In this document: piece by piece, positions 16,998-25,759 of the stretch
How the letters are laid out: the number at the start of each line of letters is the position of its first letter
Position numbering within the stretch: the first letter of the stretch is position 1
Source of the DNA: a virus
Direction: 5' to 3' (one strand)
IMG/VR virus record: IMGVR_UViG_3300048856_000029
Span: 88,846-115,723 of that record
Length of the DNA: 26,878 nucleotides
Translations under genes and position numbers: made by a program
The notes under the pieces: generated by a model
Databases searched by the model: none
Told to the model about the DNA's origin: nothing
What the model saw: the letters and a program-made list of their open reading frames with translations, nothing else

Positions 16998-17850
16998 GAC
17001 GATTGTGACGCGATCTGACAGCGCACGAGCACGTTTCTCGCTGGCCGACGACATGTTCATCGAACGGGGCACGATCGAAGACTGGAACCTGCTGCACGAT
17101 CTCCACTACAAGGCGGAGAAGCTGCCGCTTGGACCGCGCTTCTGGCGTCTGGATCTGCATGGCGAGACGATCGGCGTCCTGGTGACGGGCACGCCGAAGG
17201 GTATGCTGCGCGAGCGGCACCTGGCCTTTCCGAAGCTGAAGCCGACCGGCCAGGAGACCAAGCTCACCAACACCAACCGCTATCACTACATCAACGCCAA
17301 CTTCCGGGTGATCTCGAGGTTCGTGATCGACACGATGTATCGCGGCATCGGCGCCGGCTACCGGATGATGAACCTGGTCTCCCGCATGGAGGGCAACACC
17401 TTCATGGAGATCCAGTCGTCCATGTCGAAGTTCAACATCTTCGGCCAGAAGGCAGGCTTCAAGTTCGTCAAGCCGATGAACGCCAACAAATACGAGCAGG
17501 GGATGAAGTTCTTCCGCTCGCATTTCCAGGCCACGCCCCAGGACTTCGAGGCGATCGTCAACGAGATTGAGGGCTCGCCGGCACGCGAGAGACTGATCCA
17601 GGCCTGCCGGGAGTTCTACCAGCGCAACTCGGCGCTCGAGAATACAGGTGCTGCCCGTGAAAAGGCCGACGAGCGCGTCGCGGCCATGACCACCCGTGGC
17701 CTGGTCAAAGGCATTCAGCAGGTCTGCCTGGCCTCGCCCATGTATGGCGTCTGGAAGTGCCCGGACAAGAAGGGCAGCGTGCCGGAGCGAATGCCGTTGC
17801 TTGCTTTCGATGCGCAGGGCACGTCCGAACCTCTGAGGTGGAAGGCCTGA
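16984..17850 (+). CDS. GNAT-fold acyltransferase, Mom-like candidate DNA-modifying enzyme
   Basis: LHYK near the N-terminus; ISRFVIDTMYRGIGAG acyl-CoA-binding motif; SSMSKFN. Confidence 0.75.
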   Translation: MSETETIVTRSDSARARFSLADDMFIERGTIEDWNLLHDLHYKAEKLPLGPRFWRLDLHGETIGVLVTGTPKGMLRERHLAFPKLKPTGQETKLTNTNRYHYINANFRVISRFVIDTMYRGIGAGYRMMNLVSRMEGNTFMEIQSSMSKFNIFGQKAGFKFVKPMNANKYEQGMKFFRSHFQATPQDFEAIVNEIEGSPARERLIQACREFYQRNSALENTGAAREKADERVAAMTTRGLVKGIQQVCLASPMYGVWKCPDKKGSVPERMPLLAFDAQGTSEPLRWKA

Positions 17851-18095
17851 TGGCGAAGATCCGCAGAGGCAAGAAGCAGGCGCAGATCGCCCAGGTGATC
17901 CTGCAGGCGGCCGACAGCGGCGAGTATCTCACGGTCTCACAGATCTGGGATGCGCTTCCCTACAAGTGCGCCTACGGAACGCTCCGGAAGATGCTGAAGG
18001 TCTTCGAGGACCGGAAGATGATCGAGAAGGAACGAACCGGAATGAGTGTAACGGTGAAGCCTATGCTTCTCCTTTACCAATGGTATCGGACCTAG
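17850..18095 (+). CDS. winged-helix DNA-binding protein (81 aa)
   Basis: TGATG overlap; LTVSQIWDAL..AYGTLRKMLKVFEDRKMIEKER. Confidence 0.75.
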   Translation: MAKIRRGKKQAQIAQVILQAADSGEYLTVSQIWDALPYKCAYGTLRKMLKVFEDRKMIEKERTGMSVTVKPMLLLYQWYRT

Positions 18096-18183
18096 CAATC
18101 CGGAGCCGTCTTCAGTCAATTATTATCTATCTACTAGCTTCATAGTAATAAGTAATTATTGACTGACGATGGACCGGATTGTG
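18096..18183. repeat. ~85-bp imperfect palindromic element, copy B, upstream of terS
   Basis: CAATCCGG..TCAGTCAATTATTA ... TAATTATTGACTGA..CCGGATTG; contains operator 18149-18166, with another operator at 18198-18215. Confidence 0.8.
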
Positions 18184-18229
18184 ACGATGTGCGATGATAA
18201 GTAAATGTTGATTGATCATAGTTAGGACG

Positions 18230-18904
18230 ATGGAAGAACAGGACACCTCTCCGGCCGAAGAGAACCAGCCGGATAACGCGAAAGCCAAGCGGCTCACCGA
18301 GGCGGAATACGCCGAGGCGAAGGAGCTATACGAACTGGGCAAGATGCGCCTCGTTGACCTCAGCGAGAAGTATGGCGTCACCCGGCAGGCTTTGTCGCAG
18401 CGCTTCAAGAACGATGGTGTTTCCTACGGCTCGCGCGCCGATGAAATGCAGGCTGCCGTCTCCGAAGGCGTGAAGGCCGCTGTTGCAACACACACCGGGC
18501 AGCAGGTCGCCGCGGCGCTGGAGCGCTATGTCGAAAAGCGTCTCGAGTGGATCGAGGAGACCAGGCTTGCCGGCTACAAGTCGCTAAAGCAGGCCGATAT
18601 TCTGGCAAAGAAGGTAGTTGCCGAGGCGATCCAGAACAAGGCGCCGATGGCGTCGACCGACGACGACCTGAAGGCCGTCCAGCGTTTCCAGAAGATCATT
18701 GCCGAGAACACGCTCACCCGGCTCGAAGTCCTGCGCGCCCATGAGGTGATCGAGGAAGACGATCTGCCGAACATCACGTTCGCCGACCTCACCGACGAAG
18801 ACATTCTCTCGCATCACCGTGACAACGGGCTGCTCGAGGAAGGCGTCGATCCGGAAGAGGTGCTTGCCGAACTCGCCAAGGGCACGGAGGGCCTGGGCGA
18901 ATGA
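18230..18904 (+). CDS. terminase small subunit (probable)
   Basis: N-terminal HTH (LVDLSEKYGVTRQALSQRF); directly upstream of terL. Confidence 0.75.
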   Translation: MEEQDTSPAEENQPDNAKAKRLTEAEYAEAKELYELGKMRLVDLSEKYGVTRQALSQRFKNDGVSYGSRADEMQAAVSEGVKAAVATHTGQQVAAALERYVEKRLEWIEETRLAGYKSLKQADILAKKVVAEAIQNKAPMASTDDDLKAVQRFQKIIAENTLTRLEVLRAHEVIEEDDLPNITFADLTDEDILSHHRDNGLLEEGVDPEEVLAELAKGTEGLGE

Positions 18905-20178
18905 GTTCGGCCGATGTGCTCCTGAAGGCCCACCGCGGTCAGAAGATCGTCATCAAGGATAAGCGCCGCTTCAAGGTGATTGTCGCTGGTCGGCGTTGGG
19001 GCAAGACCCAGATCTCCAAGATCGCGCTGATCAAGGCGGCCGTCAGCCGCAAGAAGCAGCTCGTCTGGTATGTGGCGCCGACCTATCAGATGGCCCGGCA
19101 GATCCTTTGGGACGACCTGAAGGCCTGCGTCCCGAAGAAGCTCATCGCCTATAACGGCATCAACGAAACCCGGATGACCATCCGGCTGATCAATGGCAGC
19201 CGCATTGAGCTGAAGGGCGCCGACAATCCGGACTCGCTGCGCGGTGTCGGTATCAACTTCCTGGTTCTCGATGAGGCCCAGGACATGAAGCCCGATGTCT
19301 GGGAAACGGTTCTGCGCCCGACGCTCGCCTCGACGGGCGGCCAGGTCATCTTCATCGGCACGCCGAAGTCCTTCAACTGGCTCTATGACCTCTACCAGCT
19401 CGGCCAGCGCGGCGACACCTATGTCGACGAAAAGGGCAAGGTGGTCATCAACCAGTGGAAGTCCTGGCAGTTCCCGACAATCATGTCGCCGTTCATTCCG
19501 CGCTCGGAAATCGAGCACGCCCGGCGAGAAATGGATCCGAAGTCCTTCAAGCAGGAGTTCGAGGCCAGCTTCGAGACCATGTCCGGCCGCGTCTACTATG
19601 CCTTCGATCGCAAGGTGCATGTCGGTGACTACACGTTCAATCCGAAGCTGCCGATCATCATCGGCCAGGACTTCAACATCGATCCGATGTCGTCGGTCGT
19701 CATGCAGATCCAGGACAACGGCGACATCTGGGTGGTCGACGAGGCGATCCTTTACGGCTCCAACACCCAGGAGACGGCCGACGAGATCGCGCGCCGCTAC
19801 TATCGCCAGATGAACCAGATCACCTTCTATCCTGACCCTGCCGGCAACAACCGGTCGCACGCCCGCGGCGAGTCCGACCTCGATATCCTGCGCGACGCAG
19901 GCTTCAAGCGGATCGTCTTCCGGCGCAAGCACCCGCTGGTCTCCGACCGCGTCAACTCGGTCAACCGGCTCTTGATGTCGGCCGACGGTGCCGTGCGGCT
20001 GAAGTTCGACCGCAAGTGCAAGAAGACAATCGAGGCGATGGAGCAGACGATCTACAAGCCCGGCACTCGTGACGTAGATAAGTCTATGGGCGTCGAGCAC
20101 CCGGCTGACGCACTCGGCTACTTCGCGGAATACGAATATCCCGTTCGCAAGATCGAGATCATGGGTCTGTCTTTGTAG
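18901..20178 (+). CDS. terL: terminase large subunit
   Basis: AGRRWGKT, VAPT, LRG, LVLDEA, GTP, GQDFN, YPDPAG, HPADA. Confidence 0.95.
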   Translation: MSSADVLLKAHRGQKIVIKDKRRFKVIVAGRRWGKTQISKIALIKAAVSRKKQLVWYVAPTYQMARQILWDDLKACVPKKLIAYNGINETRMTIRLINGSRIELKGADNPDSLRGVGINFLVLDEAQDMKPDVWETVLRPTLASTGGQVIFIGTPKSFNWLYDLYQLGQRGDTYVDEKGKVVINQWKSWQFPTIMSPFIPRSEIEHARREMDPKSFKQEFEASFETMSGRVYYAFDRKVHVGDYTFNPKLPIIIGQDFNIDPMSSVVMQIQDNGDIWVVDEAILYGSNTQETADEIARRYYRQMNQITFYPDPAGNNRSHARGESDLDILRDAGFKRIVFRRKHPLVSDRVNSVNRLLMSADGAVRLKFDRKCKKTIEAMEQTIYKPGTRDVDKSMGVEHPADALGYFAEYEYPVRKIEIMGLSL

Positions 20179-20180
20179 AG

Positions 20181-20209
20181 TTGCCATTCAGTCAATACTG
20201 ACTTATCAT
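20181..20209 (+). promoter_or_regulatory. promoter with the operator filling the -35/-10 spacer
   Basis: TTGCCA-ttcagtcaatactgact(17)-TATCAT upstream of the portal gene. Confidence 0.75.
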
Positions 20210-20235
20210 TAGGACAAGTTTACCGGACAGGCCCC

Positions 20236-21834
20236 ATGGATAACACGCAGCTTCGCAACTTCTTCGATCGCCGGCATCCGCTGTATGCCAGCACCGCTGC
20301 GCATTGGGCGTTTCTGGAAGCCACCTATCAGGGTGGTCGCGAGTGGTTCGAAAACAACATCTTCTCCTACCAGAAGGAAGGGAAGAAGGAGCTGAAGGCC
20401 CGCAAGGAGCGCGCCTATCGCTTCAACCACACCCGCGAAGTGGTCGACCTCGTCCAGAAGTATCTCTTCAAGGGCGTCATCACCCGCAACAAGGAAAACG
20501 CGCCCGAGGTGGTCAAGAAGTTCTGGGAGCGCTCCACGCTCCAGAACATGCGCATCGACCAGTTCATGCGCTCGGCGTCCTCGTCCTCGTCGGTCAAGGG
20601 CCGCTCCGCGCTGGTTGTCGACAACAACGTTCGTCCGGGCGCCGTCTCCATCGCCGAGGCGAAAGAATCCAATATGCGGATCTACGCCTATCTGGTCGAC
20701 AATTCTGACATTCTCGACTTTGCCTTTGACGAGGACGGCGATGGCGGGCTCCTGTGGGTCAAGCTGCGCGAATACTATCGCGACGACACCGATCCCCTGA
20801 CGAGCACCGGCGACGTGATTGAGCGCGTCCGGCTGTGGACCCGCACCGAATGGATGCTCTTCGAGGAGATCGAGGATCAGCTCGAGTCCGGCCAGACCAT
20901 CCGCGGCCCTCGCAGCCGCCTACAGGGCAAGCCGCAGAAGAAGGTCGTCATCAAGGAGCAGGGCGTACACGAGCTCGGCCGCGTGCCGGTGATCTTCCTC
21001 GACCATATCATCACCGACAATCCGTATCGCACGCCGAGCCTGATCGACGACATCGCCTATCTCGACCGTGCCGTCGCCAACTACCTGTCGAACCTGGACG
21101 CCATCATCCAGGATCAGACCTTCTCGCAGCTCACCATGCCGGCGCAGTCGCTGCTTCCGGGCGAGGAACCCTACAACAAGCTGGTGGAGGCCTCGACCAA
21201 GCGCGTGGTCGTTTACGATGGCGGGCAGGGCGCTACCGCAAAGCCCGAGTTCATCTCGCCCGATCCGAAGCAGGCGAATGTCATCATCACGGTGATCAAC
21301 AAGATCATCAACGAGATCTACCATACGATCGGCCTGGCCGGCGAACGCACCAAGGAAGACAATGCCGTCGGTATCGACAACTCTTCCGGCGTCGCCAAGG
21401 CCTACGATTTCGAGCGCGTCAACTCACTGCTGACCTCCAAGGGTCAGTCGCTCGAAAAGGCCGAGAACGAACTTGTGGAGCTGGTCTGTCTGTGGGCGAA
21501 AGAGACGCTGCCCGAGACGCGCCTGGTCAAGTATCCGGAAAGCTATGACGTCATGCGTCTGGCTGACGAGCTTGCCGTTGCCGAACAGCTCGCCAAGATC
21601 GATGCGCCCAAGGAAGTCCGCCGCGAGCAACTCAAGCTCATGGTCGACAAGCTGTTCCCGCAGCTCAAGAAGGACGTCATCGAGAAGATCCGCAAGGATA
21701 TCGACAAGTGGCTGGAAGGTGTCGACCTCCTGGCTCCCCCTTCAACATTTGGAAAGTCGGCCGTCACTCCCTCTCGGCAGGGTCAGGTGACGAAGTCCTC
21801 TCCCAACAAGCAGGCCTCCGCGGCCACGAAGTAA
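20236..21834 (+). CDS. portal protein
   Basis: 532 aa after terL; HELGRVPVI, DIAYLD..N..S, SGVAKAYDF resemble SPP1-type portals. Confidence 0.85.
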   Translation: MDNTQLRNFFDRRHPLYASTAAHWAFLEATYQGGREWFENNIFSYQKEGKKELKARKERAYRFNHTREVVDLVQKYLFKGVITRNKENAPEVVKKFWERSTLQNMRIDQFMRSASSSSSVKGRSALVVDNNVRPGAVSIAEAKESNMRIYAYLVDNSDILDFAFDEDGDGGLLWVKLREYYRDDTDPLTSTGDVIERVRLWTRTEWMLFEEIEDQLESGQTIRGPRSRLQGKPQKKVVIKEQGVHELGRVPVIFLDHIITDNPYRTPSLIDDIAYLDRAVANYLSNLDAIIQDQTFSQLTMPAQSLLPGEEPYNKLVEASTKRVVVYDGGQGATAKPEFISPDPKQANVIITVINKIINEIYHTIGLAGERTKEDNAVGIDNSSGVAKAYDFERVNSLLTSKGQSLEKAENELVELVCLWAKETLPETRLVKYPESYDVMRLADELAVAEQLAKIDAPKEVRREQLKLMVDKLFPQLKKDVIEKIRKDIDKWLEGVDLLAPPSTFGKSAVTPSRQGQVTKSSPNKQASAATK

Positions 21835-21939
21835 GAAACCGTCGAGATATTGACGGCCTGACAGACGTGCATACCCGAGCGGCCAAGATACCGGCCAAAC
21901 CTACATCGATCGCCCGAGAGAATGGGCAAGGAGAATGAT

Positions 21940-22866
21940 ATGACTGAAGTTCTGAAGAAGTATGCCCGCACCAGCCTTGGTGCATTTGCTGCGGCCCCGA
22001 TGTATCCGGGTGCGCCGCGTATTGCATTCGCTCCCGAAAATGAAGGCAATGGTGGCTCCGGTGACGGCGATGATGCCGGTGGAGACGATGATGGCGCTGG
22101 CAATGACGGTGGCAGCGACGATGACGGTGCCGGCGATGACGGTGCTGGTGACGAAGGCGGCGACAACAAGGGCGGCGCTGACGGCAAGGGCAAGAAGAAG
22201 GAAGACGACGAGAAGGCCAAGCTTCTGCGCGAGTCCATGAAGCGCAAGCAGAAGATCGCCGATCTCGAAAACGAATTGAAGAAGTTCGAAGGCATCGATC
22301 CCGAGGCCGTTCGCGCGCTGCTCGCTGAAAAGCGCCAGGCCGAACTTGCGGCCGAGGAAGCCAAGGGTAATTTCGACCGCGTCAAGCAGATGATGGCCGA
22401 GGCGCACGATGCTGAAAAGAAGACCCTGAATGACACGATCGCCGATCTTCAGAACCAGCTCAAGGTGCGCGACGGCGAACTCGACAAGCTGACCGTCGGC
22501 CAGTCCTTCGCCCTGTCCCAGTTCATCAGCGAGGAGCTGACCCTGCCGCCGAGCAAGGCCAAAAAGGTCTACGGCGAATATTTCGAGCGCGTCGATGGCA
22601 AGGTCGTCGCCTATGACCAGCCGGCCGGCGCATCCACCCGCACCATTCTCACCGGTGCCGATGGCAAGCCGCTCTCCTTCGACGACGCTCTGCGCAAGAT
22701 TGTGGAGCTCGATCCGGAGAAGGATCGCCTGATCAAGCAGAAGGTGACGCCTGGTGCGGCATCTTCCTCCAAGAAAGTCGATCCGGCAGCACAGTCGAAC
22801 GACAAGCCCGAGAGGAAGCTTTATGGTGTCAGCCGCATCGCTCTCGGCCTGGAAAAGAGCAAATAG
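21940..22866 (+). CDS. capsid scaffolding protein (probable)
   Basis: Gly/Asp-rich linker and coiled coils; between portal and capsid; AAGGAG RBS. Confidence 0.75.
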   Translation: MTEVLKKYARTSLGAFAAAPMYPGAPRIAFAPENEGNGGSGDGDDAGGDDDGAGNDGGSDDDGAGDDGAGDEGGDNKGGADGKGKKKEDDEKAKLLRESMKRKQKIADLENELKKFEGIDPEAVRALLAEKRQAELAAEEAKGNFDRVKQMMAEAHDAEKKTLNDTIADLQNQLKVRDGELDKLTVGQSFALSQFISEELTLPPSKAKKVYGEYFERVDGKVVAYDQPAGASTRTILTGADGKPLSFDDALRKIVELDPEKDRLIKQKVTPGAASSSKKVDPAAQSNDKPERKLYGVSRIALGLEKSK

Positions 22867-22886
22867 TCCTGGTCTATCGCGATTTG

Positions 22887-22973
22887 GTGCAGTCAGTCAA
22901 TACTGACTGCACTTTTTCTCTTGCGGGATTCGGTTTCTCCAGGTTACACTATTGATCAGTCAATACTGATTGA
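22887..22973. promoter_or_regulatory. two operators upstream of the capsid gene; the first is in a hairpin followed by a T-run
   Basis: GTGCAGTCAGT-CAAT-ACTGACTGCAC-TTTTT and TCAGTCAATACTGATTGA. Confidence 0.75.
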
Positions 22974-23006
22974 ACGGCCGTAGGCCTTTTGTGTAGGAGA
23001 AAAACC

Positions 23007-23909
23007 ATGCCCCTTCTGGTGGAAGAAGCCGAGAAGCTGTCTCAGGAAGACAAGGCCCGCGGCGTCATTGAAGAAATCATCGACGACGAGGCGCTGTTTG
23101 CGCTGCTCCCGTTTCAGCACGTAACGGACAAGACGTTCACGTATGTCCGTGAAGCAACCCTGTCTGAAGGCGAATTCCTGGACGCTTACGAAGCCGTTCC
23201 GGAAGGCGCTGCAACCTTCGAAGAGGTCTCGACCAAGCTGAAGGTTCTCGCAGGCGACGTCGACATCGACAAGTTCACTGCATCCGTGCAGTCCAACCTC
23301 AACCCGCAGATCGCGATCCAGGTTGCCGCTAAGGCAAAGGGTCTCGGCCGCAAGTACAAGCGGACGCTCGTCAACGGCGACACGTCCGTCAATGCCAAGT
23401 CCTTCGACGGCATCAAGAAGCTCACCCCGGCTGCGCAGACCCTGGTCGCCGGCGCCAACGGCGCTGCCGTATCCTGCGAAATGCTCGACGAGCTCCTCGA
23501 CGCTGTTAAGCTCGGCGCCGACGTTCTGATGATGCGCAAGGGCACCTGGCGCGCCATCCGCGGCATCATGCGTTCGTTCGGTGGCAACACCGGCGACATG
23601 ATCCAGATCCCGAACTTCGGCAAGCCCGTTCCGGCCTACGACGGTATCCCGGTGATCATCAACGACTTCATCGGCGCCGACGAAGTTCAGGGCTCCGCCA
23701 ACGAGTCCACCTCGATCTACGCTCTGCGTCTGAACGAGGCTGACGGCTTCCATGGTATCTACGGTGGCGACGCCGCTGGTATCCAGTTTGAAGACATCGG
23801 CACGATCCAGAATAAGGACGCCGTCCGGTTCCGCGTCAAGTGGTATTCCGGCACCGCCCTCAAGGCAACGCACTCCGTTGCCCGCCTGAAGGGTATCCTC
23901 AACGTTTAA
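23007..23909 (+). CDS. major capsid protein (HK97-fold, probable)
   Basis: 300 aa; AGGAGA RBS; GDVDIDKF, NGD..FDGIKK, YDGIPV, RVKWY. Confidence 0.88.
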   Translation: MPLLVEEAEKLSQEDKARGVIEEIIDDEALFALLPFQHVTDKTFTYVREATLSEGEFLDAYEAVPEGAATFEEVSTKLKVLAGDVDIDKFTASVQSNLNPQIAIQVAAKAKGLGRKYKRTLVNGDTSVNAKSFDGIKKLTPAAQTLVAGANGAAVSCEMLDELLDAVKLGADVLMMRKGTWRAIRGIMRSFGGNTGDMIQIPNFGKPVPAYDGIPVIINDFIGADEVQGSANESTSIYALRLNEADGFHGIYGGDAAGIQFEDIGTIQNKDAVRFRVKWYSGTALKATHSVARLKGILNV

Positions 23910-23910
23910 G

Positions 23911-23939
23911 TTGATGATCAGTCATTACTGACTTATTAT
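23911..23939 (+). promoter_or_regulatory. promoter with the operator in the spacer
   Basis: TTGATG-atcagtcattactgact(17)-TATTAT. Confidence 0.65.
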
Positions 23940-23967
23940 AAGGGGCAGGGCAATCCTGCCCCTTTTG
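23940..23967 (+). terminator. intrinsic terminator after the capsid gene
   Basis: AAGGGGCAGG-GCAAT-CCTGCCCCTT-TTG. Confidence 0.75.
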
Positions 23968-24001
23968 CTGTTTTGGAACCCGCAAACAAGATTGGTGACG
24001 A

Positions 24002-24949
24002 ATGCACTATCTGAAAACTGTATCGAAGGGCTGGCAGGGCTATACCGGTCATCTCAACATCATCCCATTCAAGAACGGCATCTCGACTGAACCGGTGTCG
24101 CAGACGATCGCCGATCGCATCGCCGGCGCCGTGGCTGTCGTGGCCTGTGACGCTGACGGTAACGAGATCGAGGGTGATGCAAACGTCGGCATCCAATATC
24201 GCCTGGTGTCGGAAGCTGCGACCCGCGCAGCGCTTGCCGCGCCGCTTGCCCGGCAGTCCGACGGCGATAAGTCGATGGAAGAAAAGCTCGACGCCTCTAA
24301 GGCGCTGAAGTCGCCGGTCGACACCTTCTACACCCAGGAAGATCTCGAAAAGATCGCTGACGAGGGTGGCATCAAGGCACTGCGCGTCGTTGGCGACAAA
24401 TGGAAGGTCAAGGGCAAGGCCATCGTGGATCTCATGAAGGAGATCCTGTCGGCACAGGCGAAGTTCGTCGCGCTGCGCAACGCCGCGCTCGAGAAGTCGG
24501 GCGGCCAGATCCTGAAGGCCACACAGCGCGCCGATGAGATTGAAGCCGAGGTCACGCTCGTGGACGACGTTCCGGTCGCACTCGGCTTTGAAGGCATGGC
24601 TGCCGAATACCAGGGTCCGAACGACGTTGTCATCCCGGCCGACGCGCTGATCAACGCCGCCCTCAAGCACTCCGGCAAGTCGCTCACCGGCTGGAACGCC
24701 TGGCGCGACAGCGAGCGAAAGGTCGCGATCGAGGCTGAACTCGAAGCTCTGTCTCGCCACTATGGCGTAGACGTCAAGGCGGTCGAGGCTGCCGCTGAAG
24801 TCGCTCCCGAACAGGAGCAGAAGCCTACTGAGGAGGAGACTCCGAATGAAGATGCTCCCGAGCAGGAGCAGGGCGAGAGCGGCGAACAGGAGCAGGCGGA
24901 AGGCGACAGGCCGGAAGACGAGACCGAAACCGCCGAGAAGGACGCCTGA
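24002..24949 (+). CDS. virion-module hypothetical protein with acidic tail
   Basis: Post-capsid position; helix-extension-helix-like segment LEKIADEGGIKALR..IVDLMKEIL. Confidence 0.8.
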   Translation: MHYLKTVSKGWQGYTGHLNIIPFKNGISTEPVSQTIADRIAGAVAVVACDADGNEIEGDANVGIQYRLVSEAATRAALAAPLARQSDGDKSMEEKLDASKALKSPVDTFYTQEDLEKIADEGGIKALRVVGDKWKVKGKAIVDLMKEILSAQAKFVALRNAALEKSGGQILKATQRADEIEAEVTLVDDVPVALGFEGMAAEYQGPNDVVIPADALINAALKHSGKSLTGWNAWRDSERKVAIEAELEALSRHYGVDVKAVEAAAEVAPEQEQKPTEEETPNEDAPEQEQGESGEQEQAEGDRPEDETETAEKDA

Positions 24950-24952
24950 TCG

Positions 24953-25759
24953 ATGGCAATGAAGCTCTACCCCGAAGATTACGACGTGGCGCTTGAGGTC
25001 CAGTTCGTGGATCTCAACAATGCTGCTGTCGTGGTTCAGCGTATCGACGCCGTGCTCTACGACGGTGACGATCAGGTGCTGCTCGAAATGGACAATCTGC
25101 CCTTCGATGCGGCAGACACGTCCAAGACGATCACCGTGCCCGCCGCGCTCAACCGTCTCGGGGAGGGCGAAACTTCTGCCGCGCGTGCTCTGCGCGTGGT
25201 TCTGACGACGGACGCCGGCAAGATCCGGCGCTCCTTCGGCTATATCATCGAGGGTGAAAGCCGCCTGGAGCTGCTCAATAATACCTGGGTCACGCTCGAG
25301 GCGGCCGAAGTTCTGGCGCGCGACATGCCGGAGCTGAAAAGCTGGAGTCAGTCGAGCGACGAGCAGCGCGCCGCAGCCCTCATCAACGCCTATTCTCGTA
25401 TGCAGCGCATCCAGCTCCGCTTCACCAACCCATTGCCCGGCGAGGAAGACGAAGAGGACCGCTGCGAGAAGCACACCATCCTACGCCCGGGCGTCTGGAA
25501 CGAGCTGACAGCCGACGACTTCCTAGCCTTTCCAAAGCCGTTCCGCACCGCATTGCGCCGCGCCCAGATCTGCGAAGCCAACAGCATCCTGACCGACAAT
25601 CCGTTCGCTGAGCGTCATCGAGCCGGTGTGATCTCGGAAACCGTCGGCGAAAGCTCCGTCATGCTGCGCGGTGGAAAGCTCGAGCTTGGTGTCGCCAATG
25701 AAACGCTGCGCTGCCTCGCCGGCTATGTCTACTATCAGGTGAGCATCGCCCGCGCATGA
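24953..25759 (+). CDS. head-tail adaptor-like protein
   Basis: NTWVTLEAAE, RAAALINA, RAQICEA, GVISETVGESS; position in the head module. Confidence 0.7.
   Translation: MAMKLYPEDYDVALEVQFVDLNNAAVVVQRIDAVLYDGDDQVLLEMDNLPFDAADTSKTITVPAALNRLGEGETSAARALRVVLTTDAGKIRRSFGYIIEGESRLELLNNTWVTLEAAEVLARDMPELKSWSQSSDEQRAAALINAYSRMQRIQLRFTNPLPGEEDEEDRCEKHTILRPGVWNELTADDFLAFPKPFRTALRRAQICEANSILTDNPFAERHRAGVISETVGESSVMLRGGKLELGVANETLRCLAGYVYYQVSIARA

Noticed and set aside
18096-18183. Protelomerase (tel) site
   Set aside because: Centre is not a perfect palindrome and no protelomerase gene is in the window; cannot be supported
18814-20187. 457-aa minus-strand ORF
   Set aside because: Antisense to terL; no motifs
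22040-22195. GATGACGGT-type repeats
   Set aside because: They encode the Gly/Asp low-complexity linker of the scaffold protein; ordinary
4628-23935. Repeated motifs as a CRISPR array
   Set aside because: Copies are dispersed, with no regular repeat-spacer structure and no cas genes
23936-25474. 512-aa minus-strand ORF
   Set aside because: Antisense shadow of two well-supported + strand virion genes; typical of high-GC codon bias
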